47,923 nt of DNA from IMG/VR virus record IMGVR_UViG_3300008255_000176, positions 1 to 47,923 of that record; one strand, 5' to 3'. Made by a program: the position numbers and the translations under genes. The notes under the pieces were generated by a model that was given only the letters and a program-made list of their open reading frames with translations, made no database searches and was not told where the DNA came from. This DNA comes from a virus. Taxonomy: Duplodnaviria; Caudoviricetes. Of the stretch, positions 35,783-44,182 are shown one piece after another (positions within the stretch are counted from its first letter, which is position 1; every line of letters starts with the position of its first letter).

Positions 35783-37552
35783 ATGTCACTCACCGCACAA
35801 GAAGAAGCACTGGTCAGACAGTTACTTGACCAGCAAGCGTCACTCCTATCCCTCGCTGGCAACGAGGCGACGATCACATCCAAGTTGGGCGCCACGAAGG
35901 TAACGCTCTCAGATCTGGTTTCTGCAAGCAATATCGGTGATTCCGATTTATTTTTGACTAGACAAGGAACTACCGATAAGAGCGTGAGCGCGGCTGTACT
36001 TCGTGCGAAACTTCAGACGTTTTTACAGGAAGGCATTGGCGCAGTTGAAATGCCTGCTCTTGACAAGATGCGTTTTGAAATCTGTGTGGATGATTTCGGT
36101 GCGCTTGGCGATGGGATCACAAACGACTCCCCTGCTGTCAATCTCGCTGTGAATCACATGCGAACCAAGATCCAGAGCTTCGGCGGATATTACGGATGCA
36201 CGTATTATCTGAAATTCACTCCCGGCAAGGTTTATAAACTTGCGGGATCAATCGATTTGCAAAAACTCGGATATGGCGCAGGATCGATGGGCGCATGGGG
36301 TGTGATCGGAACAGGGGCTGTTATTCTTGCCGCTTGCACAGGAAAAACCCTTTTCGATGCGCTTGGAAGTGCCTATGGAACTTGGATCGACATCGCGATT
36401 CGTGCAGACCAAGCAACGGCACCCGCAATTGGAATTCAGGTCGGTCGAATCGACACGACAGGTTGGCAAGCTGGTGGACACTATTTCCAAAATGTGCATA
36501 TGGCCGGATTCTTCACAATTGCAGGCCTGTTGAACGCCTCTGGAGAAGGCAACACATATGTCAATCTGTACATTCACAACGATGATTTGTCTGGGAATGC
36601 CAATTCACTCGCAATTGATGGGCTGCACCACATCGTTCCTGTAACGGATTTCACGCAGACAACCATTGCTCAAAATACGTTCGACAGCTGTCGTCAGCAC
36701 ATGATCATCAATTGTGATCTTGGGCAGAATCACGGCTCTCCTTTGTTCTTGTCGAATGTCAGCCAACTTCACGTTGATGGGTTTATTTACACCACCGGAA
36801 CCCATGCGATCGAATTCCTGGCTGGTGGAGGTCAGACCGTCTTCAGAAATCTGGAGTTTATGGCACATTGCGAAGCTGCGATAACTTCTCAGATTGAAGT
36901 GAAAGCGCTGGTCTCACAGTCTGTTACCTTTGAAGGTGTCACATTCCGAGAAGACGCCAGCAGCGCGACGTTCGCGATGATTACAGGCTCCTTAAACGTT
37001 ACGTCTTTGAAGTTGAAAGATACTGATGTTTTCCTTGGGAGTCTGGTAACTGTTCCATTTTTGGGCGGGACTGCGGCATTTGACAGCGGAGTGCATGTAT
37101 ATAAAAACAGCTTCGGGACAAGCCAGTTGCGCACTCCGCAACTTGTTTTCCCTGCAACTCAGATCCCATCGACAAATCCAAACACCCTTGATGATTACGA
37201 AGAAAGCTCGCCAACTGTTACTGTTGCTTCGGCAAGCGGATCCCTCACAACAGTTGGTACAACATCTTGTTCGATTACCAAAGTCGGAAGGCTTGTCACC
37301 GTGACTTTCAGCGTCACGATCACCACCAACGGAACCGGAGCAACTGCTATCAATATTTCCGGCAATTCGTCTGTGTTCCCCGTTGCAGTAGCTTCCTGTT
37401 ATGGGTCTGCTCGTCGCCTTGACACAGGTGCTTCTATCCAAGTTCGTGTGGATTCAGGCAGTCAGACTCTTGTCGTTGTGAATGCAGACAACAGCTACCC
37501 CGGAGCGAATGGGGCTGTGCTTGCCGGAACAATCACCTACATGGCATCTTGA
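35783..37552 (+). CDS. Tailspike / receptor-binding protein with putative beta-helix depolymerase domain
   Basis: V.DFGA.GDGITNDS.A pectate-lyase-like start, beta-rich body, NTLDDYEE...TKVGRLVTV C-terminal domain. Confidence 0.8.
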   Translation: MSLTAQEEALVRQLLDQQASLLSLAGNEATITSKLGATKVTLSDLVSASNIGDSDLFLTRQGTTDKSVSAAVLRAKLQTFLQEGIGAVEMPALDKMRFEICVDDFGALGDGITNDSPAVNLAVNHMRTKIQSFGGYYGCTYYLKFTPGKVYKLAGSIDLQKLGYGAGSMGAWGVIGTGAVILAACTGKTLFDALGSAYGTWIDIAIRADQATAPAIGIQVGRIDTTGWQAGGHYFQNVHMAGFFTIAGLLNASGEGNTYVNLYIHNDDLSGNANSLAIDGLHHIVPVTDFTQTTIAQNTFDSCRQHMIINCDLGQNHGSPLFLSNVSQLHVDGFIYTTGTHAIEFLAGGGQTVFRNLEFMAHCEAAITSQIEVKALVSQSVTFEGVTFREDASSATFAMITGSLNVTSLKLKDTDVFLGSLVTVPFLGGTAAFDSGVHVYKNSFGTSQLRTPQLVFPATQIPSTNPNTLDDYEESSPTVTVASASGSLTTVGTTSCSITKVGRLVTVTFSVTITTNGTGATAINISGNSSVFPVAVASCYGSARRLDTGASIQVRVDSGSQTLVVVNADNSYPGANGAVLAGTITYMAS

Positions 37553-37554
37553 TC

Positions 37555-37725
37555 ATGGAAAATTACATTTTAGACAAGCCGCTCCGAGACGAAATTCTTT
37601 CATTTTTGGAGAAGCAGAATTACCAGGATGTTTCCGGCATCATCAAGAAGATCGAAATTCTTCAGAAGGCTCCAGACCAAGACTTGTGTCTGGAGCTGGC
37701 AGAAAACCAATACTTTAACGCCTGA
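37555..37725 (+). CDS. 56-aa hypothetical protein (MENYILDKPLRDEILSFLEKQNYQDVSGIIKKIEIL...)
   Basis: Hand-translated ORF filling the gap after the tailspike; no clear SD. Confidence 0.55.
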   Translation: MENYILDKPLRDEILSFLEKQNYQDVSGIIKKIEILQKAPDQDLCLELAENQYFNA

Positions 37726-37740
37726 GCAATAGGACCCAAA

Positions 37741-38016
37741 ATGTCGGAAGAAAAACACCAATGCACCCTTCCGCCCCAATACTGCCCTCACGTCAAAGAA
37801 GCGGCAGACGAGGCGGTGAAAAAAGTATTCGCGATCCTCGGGGTTGATATTGAAGTGCCCAAAGAGGTGGAACAGTTTCGTGAAAACCTGCGCTTCGGGG
37901 CATCCATGCGCCGCGCAGCCGACAAAGGGATGCTTGCAATCATAGGGGCTATTGCGGTCGGCGCACTTGCTGCACTGTGGGCGGGTATCGTTTCCAAGAT
38001 TACGCACGGAGGCTGA
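37741..38016 (+). CDS. Single-TM membrane protein (holin/antiholin candidate)
   Basis: C-terminal TM MLAIIGAIAVGALAALWAGIV; directly upstream of endolysin. Confidence 0.65.
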   Translation: MSEEKHQCTLPPQYCPHVKEAADEAVKKVFAILGVDIEVPKEVEQFRENLRFGASMRRAADKGMLAIIGAIAVGALAALWAGIVSKITHGG

Positions 38017-38017
38017 T

Positions 38018-38440
38018 ATGCCTTACAAGCTCGGACCAGCATCACGCAAGAAGCTCGAGGGGCTGCACCCGAACCTCGTTGCTGTGGTCACTCGCGCCAT
38101 TGAAGTGACCACACAGGACTTCACGGTTCTTTGCGGGGTCCGCACGCTTGCAGAACAGAAAGAGCTCTACGCTCAAGGGCGCACCAAGCCAGGTGACATT
38201 GTCACTTGGACTTTGAACTCGCGTCACTTTCCTGCTGCTGACGGTCTTGGTCGCGCTGTAGATCTTGCACCGTATCCAATTGACTGGAAGACCGTGTCCA
38301 AGTTTGACGCCATTGCAGCAGCAATGATGCAGGCGTCAAAAGAGCTTGGCATTCCTATTCGTTGGGGCGCGGATTGGGATCAAGACGGTATTGCTCGCGA
38401 ACGCGGTGAAACCGATTCCCCTCACTTTGAACTTGCTTAG
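38018..38440 (+). CDS. Endolysin, M15 family peptidase
   Basis: LEGLHP.L, GVRT.AEQ..LYAQGRT, SRH, AVDL, RWGADW, DSPHFEL; GGAGG RBS. Confidence 0.9.
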   Translation: MPYKLGPASRKKLEGLHPNLVAVVTRAIEVTTQDFTVLCGVRTLAEQKELYAQGRTKPGDIVTWTLNSRHFPAADGLGRAVDLAPYPIDWKTVSKFDAIAAAMMQASKELGIPIRWGADWDQDGIARERGETDSPHFELA

Positions 38441-38448
38441 GAGTTGCT

Positions 38449-38979
38449 ATGAACTGGTCAGAAGTAGGTAGTTGGCTGAAAGACAATGCGGGCACCGGCG
38501 CTGCACTGGTGGGCAGCTTGCTGACGGGGAACGTGCCTGGGGCCGTTGCTGCCGGCGTTGCGCTGGTTGGCAGTGCTACTGGCACCAATGACCCCGCGAA
38601 GGCCCTTGCGGCCTTGCAGGGCGACCCCGCGACGCTGCTGAAGCTGCGCGAGCTTGCTGTCCAGGAGGAAGCCAGTATCCGTGAGCACATCCGCACGATG
38701 GAAGAGATGCGCCTCAAGGACGAGCAAGCTGCACACGAACAACAGCAGCTCACCATCCGCGGCGGTGACAATGCGGAAGACGAATACGTCCGCCACACGC
38801 GCCCCATGATGGCCCGTCAAAGCTGGTACGCCACCATGGCTTATATCCTTGTCTTCGAAGGGCTCAATTCCTCCAAGGTGTTTGAAGGCGGAGCGAATTG
38901 GGATCTTGCGATGATCTTGCTTGCACCGGCAGCAGCCTACCTCGGCTTCCGCTCGCTGGACAAGTTCCGCAAGAAATAA
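38449..38979 (+). CDS. Holin-like membrane protein (3TM GTA-holin-like)
   Basis: Hydrophobic N-terminus, coiled coil, TRP + TM, YLGFRSLDK C-terminal motif. Confidence 0.7.
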   Translation: MNWSEVGSWLKDNAGTGAALVGSLLTGNVPGAVAAGVALVGSATGTNDPAKALAALQGDPATLLKLRELAVQEEASIREHIRTMEEMRLKDEQAAHEQQQLTIRGGDNAEDEYVRHTRPMMARQSWYATMAYILVFEGLNSSKVFEGGANWDLAMILLAPAAAYLGFRSLDKFRKK

Positions 38980-38997
38980 CTTCGCTCTGCGGGGCGG

Positions 38998-39035
38998 GGG
39001 CGTCACGTGGGACATGCGTGGCGCCCTTTTTATTT
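38998..39035 (+). terminator. Rho-independent terminator ending the late operon
   Basis: GGGCGTCACGT...GCGTGGCGCCC then TTTTTATTT. Confidence 0.7.
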
Positions 39036-39242
39036 GACGCAAGCTGTGTCGTAGATGCGGTCGTAGTCCGGCCAGCCTACAGACGGGTCTTGCTTGTTCA
39101 GCTTCACCATCTCGCAATAATGCTCAAGCTGCGCCTGCTCGTCTTCGGCGTCCATGGTGCCCGCCAGTCCAAACAGAATGAGCCCCGCCAGGATAGCGCA
39201 GATGGTGTAGAAATTGTCTTTTAAGATGCTGGTGCGGTGCAT
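39030..39242 (-). CDS. Small membrane-anchored protein
   Basis: AAGGAG RBS; TM segment then YCEMV...GWPDY...C. Confidence 0.7.
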   Translation of the reverse strand: MHRTSILKDNFYTICAILAGLILFGLAGTMDAEDEQAQLEHYCEMVKLNKQDPSVGWPDYDRIYDTACVK

Positions 39243-39327
39243 GTGGTACTCCTTTTCACTGGTTGCGGGTTGCACAGGGCCGGCAGGGGCCGCGATTGCA
39301 GCCTCGCCGGTGTATGTGTATTGGCTG

Positions 39328-40039
39328 CTATTGCAGTCGCTTAAAATTGCCGGCGCTGCTGCCTACTTGCTGGTTGAGCGACACGGTCTTTCCGTACTCG
39401 CGGCCCTCGTAGAACGCACCAGCCCGCAGCGCATTGTCGGCGCGAGGCTTGGATGTGGTCAGCGACACACCAGTTCCGTTGAGCCACTTCTCGTTCGCGT
39501 CAGCCTCACGTTCATGCAGGCTCACCAACACCAGCGCAGTTCCCGGAGTGCTCTCAGTGTCGGACTTGAGCATCTGCTCAACACGCTTGCGGATGCTATC
39601 GACAGTCCCGACGCAGAACGAACGGCCCTGCGGGGTCGTCGGGGACTTGTAACGGGTCGTCGCTTCACGCTTGACAGACTTGATCAGGAACTCGGCCATG
39701 TAGCGAGCAGTCATCACGTTACTTTGACGCCCGACGAAACAATGTTTGTCCTTCCCGGACGTACCTGTGCCGCTGTAGAAGTATTTGCAGAAGAACAGCT
39801 TGCCGACAGACTGGGCAAGGCTGCGGGCCCAGTCTGTCGGCGCTGATAACCACATCCTGACGCTCGCGTGCTTCGTGGGATTCGTCTTCAGGAAGGTCGC
39901 TCATTGACAGATTGTACTTCGCCAGCAGGTTGTAGGCCATCCGCAAAGCGGTCTCCCGCTCTGCTTCGGTCGCTGCTGCATCGTTGCCCAGCGCGATCAT
40001 CTTCTTGACGCGCTCCAATACCTTGTTCTCGATAGACAT
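39328..40039 (-). pseudogene. DUF2786-family protein split by a frameshift near 39835
   Basis: N-part KVLERVKKMIAL...EAERETALRMAYNLLAKYNLS (40039..~39836) continues as WARSLA... in another frame to stop 39328. Confidence 0.7.
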
Positions 40040-40071
40040 GTTTTTCTCCTAAGTGCAGTTGATGTGCTTGC

Positions 40072-40099
40072 AGTATAGGATAAATCTAGACCTGTGCAA
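40072..40099 (-). promoter_or_regulatory. Promoter TTGCAC-16-TATACT with A-tract UP element
   Basis: Upstream of AGGAG RBS and ATG 40039. Confidence 0.6.
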
Positions 40100-40100
40100 A

Positions 40101-42140
40101 TTATTTTTGTTCGGGTGACTTTTGCAGGTAGCCGATGTCGTACAGCATCCGCTCTGCCTCGCGCTCGTACCATTCATAATCGACGTCCTGCGGGAACGCT
40201 GCTGGAATGTCCATCACGGGCTTTGCACCCTCGGAGCGTGGAACCTTGTTCCCGTTCTTGGCATATACGATCTCGCCCTGCTCCCCTGCTGCATAGTACC
40301 AGCGGATAGACTTGCCCAGGAACACACCGTCCTTCACTGCGCCACCTGACACGGTACGCACCGACACGAACTTCCGGATGTCGGTGCAAGAGCGCACTGT
40401 GGTCATTATGGGCGTGCCCTTGGTGAGCAGCGCCAGCACAGCATCGACACAGATCTCGTTCGTCGGGTTCTTGTGCAATCGGTCGGACGACTTCTCAGGG
40501 CTTGCATAGGCGCCTTTCGTCTTGCAGCCATCAACCTCATAGAGCCACTGTTTCGTCTTCTTGTCGAACTTCTTCTTGACTGCAATGTAGTTATTCACGT
40601 CGCGGCTGAAGACTGCGAGGTATTGCGTGTCTTCCGTTTCGAACCCTGTGCCGGCTTCCCATTGCTTCACAATCGCGTCGCATTCTGCTTGGCGTGCGGT
40701 GGGGCACTTGATAACGATGCCGTCCGTGTTGGCGCTGACCACATGGATTCCAGCAAGCTCCAGGCGCTCGATCAGCATCAGCAAGGACAGCTGACCCGTC
40801 ACCGTCACTTGGATCAGTAGGTCGGGCGCGTAGAGAACGGAGTACCTGCTGCCCAGCTTGCCGAAGGAACCATTGATCGTGATCTTGAGCGAGTCGGCAA
40901 TCACTTTGTCCCCGCGATGCTTTGCAGCAATACGGCGATCGACTAGCGTGCGATATACCTTCAGGAAGTTGGGCCCCAAGTGCTGCGGATAGAGCCCTTG
41001 GTTCAGAATGATATATGGGTAATAAGACGTCACGTCGCGGTCAATGAGCAGCGTGTCGGCGTCCGCATAGTGCGCGGCGCACTGCTCGGAGCTGTGCAGA
41101 CCGCCAATGCCCATGCGATACACGCCACCGGCAATCTCCAGGCGCAGGGCTTTGAGCTCTTCAGGCATACCGACGTTTCCGTCTTCGCTCACAATGAAGT
41201 TGGCATTGCGAACAATGTCCAGCGCCCAATTCATGAGCCCCGACTGGTACTTGATGAAGTGCGGGATCTTGTACTTGTACCGCGTCCCAGGCTCGATCAC
41301 CGGGCGCTGGGCCCTGCACCCGTTAAGATGCTCGATCTCTTCTGCAATGACCGCTTCCGCAATCTGGGCATCGGACTTGCTACGCAGATCCATCTTGTAC
41401 TCGTTACCCATGGACTCGCGAAGGTCAATCTGCTCCTTGAGCGACTCGTGCAGAATGGCGGTGTTCGTTAAGTCATTGACGCAATACCAGCGCACGATCG
41501 CCATCTGCTGCGGTGACAGAATGACTTCTGGGTTGAAGGGTAGATCCTGCATTCGCGGAGCGTGCAACCGTCCGCCGTAGATCTTAAGGCTTGCCCGCAG
41601 CGGCGCAACTTCGATCAGGTCAATGTGATTCGTGTTCAGCTTCTTGACTTTGAACGTCCGCAGCACGTCAGACGGGCGCGAACCATTCACAATGATCTCG
41701 TTCGTTGCGTACTTCAGCTGAGACGTGCTCTTACCTGCTAAGGCAAGGGCCAGGATCGGCATGTCGTAGTTGATGCCGTTGAAGCTCACGAGACAGAACG
41801 TGTTGATAATCCAGCGCAGCTTATCCGCGTTGAAGTCGTGGTTCGGTGTGCGCTCGAAGTAGATGACCTTCCCGCTGGCAAGCGAGGTGAAAGCGATCAG
41901 GAAATAGTTCTCATAACACTCAATGTCGAACACCAGACGTTCGCGCTTTGCAGCAGCGATCGCCAGTTCCCAGTCCTCAAACTGCGACACCCGAAATTCC
42001 ATCGCTTCCTGCAAGCCAGGCAGGTAGTCAGGGCGCTCCCAAGTGCGCTCAGGTGGTGTGCGTTTAGGCTTCTCTGCCTTCGGGGGCTTTACTGCTGGGC
42101 GGTCTTCCCAGAAGAATCCAATAGCGTCAGGGCGGGCCAT
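40101..42140 (-). CDS. DNA polymerase (family B-like) with 3'-5' exonuclease
   Basis: FDIEC, FNGINYD, YCVND exonuclease motifs; DVTSYYP, KITINGSFGK, NTDG, KTKG polymerase motifs. Confidence 0.92.
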   Translation of the reverse strand: MARPDAIGFFWEDRPAVKPPKAEKPKRTPPERTWERPDYLPGLQEAMEFRVSQFEDWELAIAAAKRERLVFDIECYENYFLIAFTSLASGKVIYFERTPNHDFNADKLRWIINTFCLVSFNGINYDMPILALALAGKSTSQLKYATNEIIVNGSRPSDVLRTFKVKKLNTNHIDLIEVAPLRASLKIYGGRLHAPRMQDLPFNPEVILSPQQMAIVRWYCVNDLTNTAILHESLKEQIDLRESMGNEYKMDLRSKSDAQIAEAVIAEEIEHLNGCRAQRPVIEPGTRYKYKIPHFIKYQSGLMNWALDIVRNANFIVSEDGNVGMPEELKALRLEIAGGVYRMGIGGLHSSEQCAAHYADADTLLIDRDVTSYYPYIILNQGLYPQHLGPNFLKVYRTLVDRRIAAKHRGDKVIADSLKITINGSFGKLGSRYSVLYAPDLLIQVTVTGQLSLLMLIERLELAGIHVVSANTDGIVIKCPTARQAECDAIVKQWEAGTGFETEDTQYLAVFSRDVNNYIAVKKKFDKKTKQWLYEVDGCKTKGAYASPEKSSDRLHKNPTNEICVDAVLALLTKGTPIMTTVRSCTDIRKFVSVRTVSGGAVKDGVFLGKSIRWYYAAGEQGEIVYAKNGNKVPRSEGAKPVMDIPAAFPQDVDYEWYEREAERMLYDIGYLQKSPEQK

Positions 42141-43099
42141 TACTGACGCATCCCCACAATCGCGCCGCGCAAGCGGTCACCGAAGAACATACAGGGTGAC
42201 GGGTATGCGGACCAGTCAATTGAATTGGCGTTACCGTTGAGCAGGTTCAGCATATCAATCTGATAGACGCCAGTGTGGTCAAACCCTTCAATCTCATAGC
42301 CGGCCCCTTCTGTTTCGTCGTCATGGGTTGCTATTTTACCCGCCCCACGAAACAGAATGCGACCAGTCTTATCAGTGAAGGGCTTCAGTGTCTTCAACGC
42401 CTCGAACAATCGGTCGTCCAGCGGCTTCGGGTTGCTTTCACGGTTCAGCACTTTGGTGAGGTCAGGCCACTTGGTTTCGAACAGTTGCGTCCTCAACCAT
42501 CGTTTCCCGCTGAAGTGGAAAGTGATGGAAGTGTCAGTCAGCTGCACAGCTTCAGGCGCTTCGTCAATGCGGAGCAGCTCCTTGATCGCTGCCCGCGGTA
42601 TGTTGAGCGGGCGGGGCACCGTGGAACCTGTCCAATACTCCACGAGCGTGATGTTATTGGTAGCGAACGCGCTCTGCCCTAGAAGCAGCACACCATTCGA
42701 CCATGGGCGCGAAGCATCGTCACCAATAAACGGTGCCACGACCTTTATCGCTTGGAGCATTGCTGCACCGTCAATGACCACATGCTCACCCTCGGGTTGA
42801 ACGTGCGGTGTGCTTGCATCCGGCAAGCAATCAACGAACGCCTTGAACTTGCCGCTCTTCACTGACAAGCGCCCTGCCGGTGTCATTGCGAGCTGGACGG
42901 TCTCGGTGCAGTTTGCAATCGCTTTGACAAGGGACTCCGCTTTGGGTTTGCATTCGATGTCAAACGGGATCGGGCTGCACAAGCCCAGCATTCCGTTATA
43001 CCCACGAACGGTTCCACCCTCAATGACAAAGTGCGTCAGGGCAGGGACGAAGTCTTTCTTGGAGACTGCACCCTGGACGAATTTCAGTTCTGTAAGCAT
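42140..43099 (-). CDS. DNA polymerase III beta-clamp-like sliding clamp
   Basis: K...P.L..F.I, SRP..NGV, ATN, L....WPD...V, G.IVGMR resemble DnaN; coupled to polymerase gene. Confidence 0.75.
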   Translation of the reverse strand: MLTELKFVQGAVSKKDFVPALTHFVIEGGTVRGYNGMLGLCSPIPFDIECKPKAESLVKAIANCTETVQLAMTPAGRLSVKSGKFKAFVDCLPDASTPHVQPEGEHVVIDGAAMLQAIKVVAPFIGDDASRPWSNGVLLLGQSAFATNNITLVEYWTGSTVPRPLNIPRAAIKELLRIDEAPEAVQLTDTSITFHFSGKRWLRTQLFETKWPDLTKVLNRESNPKPLDDRLFEALKTLKPFTDKTGRILFRGAGKIATHDDETEGAGYEIEGFDHTGVYQIDMLNLLNGNANSIDWSAYPSPCMFFGDRLRGAIVGMRQ

Positions 43100-44022
43100 T
43101 AGAAGAGCTCCTGCACGCGATGCGTGAATTGTTCATAGTTGTTCTGGGCGTTCATCATTTCGTTAATCACCCCGAATGCCCAGAGGTTGTATGCTGCACG
43201 AGATTCATAGACGCTGCTCAGACGTTCGTATGTGAAACCCTGCTTCTCCAGCATCTGCAAGACGTAGTCCTGCTCAATAGCGGTCAGCGTCGTTGCGTGC
43301 TGCCCAGCGTCGTGCCTTGCAGGGGACTTCTCCGACACGGACAGCGGGCCCCAATCAGGGGTGATGATGCTGCCGAATGCAGCGGACTGAATCCAGGAGG
43401 ACGAATCCACGCTGTACCATGGATATCGCTCCATGATTGGGATCGCAGTGATACCGAAGCCATGCACCTTCAACCGCGGGCGACCGCTGCCGTCCGTAAG
43501 ATAACGCTCCCACATGCGGTCCAACCAGATGCAAAGCTGCTTCGTTGAGCTGCCCACCATACCGCCAAGCGTGATGTATTCGTAGTTCTGGACGTAGTAT
43601 TCGAGATATCGTTCATCCTCGCCCGCGTGGAAGCAGGGGAGGGGCTTCGCGCCAAGCTGCTCCATGTGAAGCTGGTTCTGGTACGTCTTCAGCGGGTCAC
43701 CAATGCCGTCCAACACTGATGCCATGACGACACCGTCCTCAACCCGCCAGAGGTCCATGTTCCGTTTGATATAGTCACAATAGGTGGGCAGGTCAATATC
43801 GACGCCCAATGTGTAAGCAGAGAACGCACCCGAGTCGAGAAAGACTTTCGCGTTGTCAGCTCGCATCTGATCGATGTAACGCTGAGATCCGATGTAGTGA
43901 TACGACTCAAGAATGTGCGGCAAACCATGAACGATTTCGCGCTCGCGCTCGTTCAGTTTTAGATAGCGGTTCTGCCCCTGCATATACGAGTTCGTATAGA
44001 CAGCGGCCATGAAAATGTTCAT
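43099..44022 (-). CDS. dpdA: DpdA, DNA 7-deazaguanine transglycosylase (TGT-like)
   Basis: VFLDSGAFSA, PCFH, LGGMV, KVHGFG, SVDSSSW TGT-fold motifs; adjacent to que genes. Confidence 0.88.
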   Translation of the reverse strand: MNIFMAAVYTNSYMQGQNRYLKLNEREREIVHGLPHILESYHYIGSQRYIDQMRADNAKVFLDSGAFSAYTLGVDIDLPTYCDYIKRNMDLWRVEDGVVMASVLDGIGDPLKTYQNQLHMEQLGAKPLPCFHAGEDERYLEYYVQNYEYITLGGMVGSSTKQLCIWLDRMWERYLTDGSGRPRLKVHGFGITAIPIMERYPWYSVDSSSWIQSAAFGSIITPDWGPLSVSEKSPARHDAGQHATTLTAIEQDYVLQMLEKQGFTYERLSSVYESRAAYNLWAFGVINEMMNAQNNYEQFTHRVQELF

Positions 44023-44045
44023 AAGGCCTCCTTTCGCATGGCTGT

Positions 44046-44054
44046 ATTTTACCA
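44046..44054 (-). promoter_or_regulatory. Extended -10 promoter (TGgTAAAAT) for dpdA-clamp-polymerase
   Basis: Followed by AAGGAGG RBS and ATG 44022. Confidence 0.55.
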
Positions 44055-44092
44055 GCGCCAGGCGGACGTAACTACTTGATTTATAAGTCTTT

Positions 44093-44142
44093 CGACGATC
44101 GACTTGTCGTCCTCGTACTTGTATTGAACAAGTCGATCGTCG
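44093..44142. repeat. Perfect 15-bp inverted repeat CGACGATCGACTTGT-N20-ACAAGTCGATCGTCG
   Basis: Read directly in the folE-dpdA gap. Confidence 0.9.
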
Positions 44143-44182
44143 CCTGTAGCGCCTTGCAGCCCGATTGCTGTCGAACTATGGA

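Noticed and set aside
43099-44022. tRNA-modifying TGT for queuosine synthesis
   Set aside because: No queF/queA/queG or tRNA genes seen; linkage to clamp and polymerase fits the DNA-acting DpdA
44050-44180. Short open frame in the folE-dpdA gap
   Set aside because: No start codon or RBS; region is better explained by the inverted repeat and promoter
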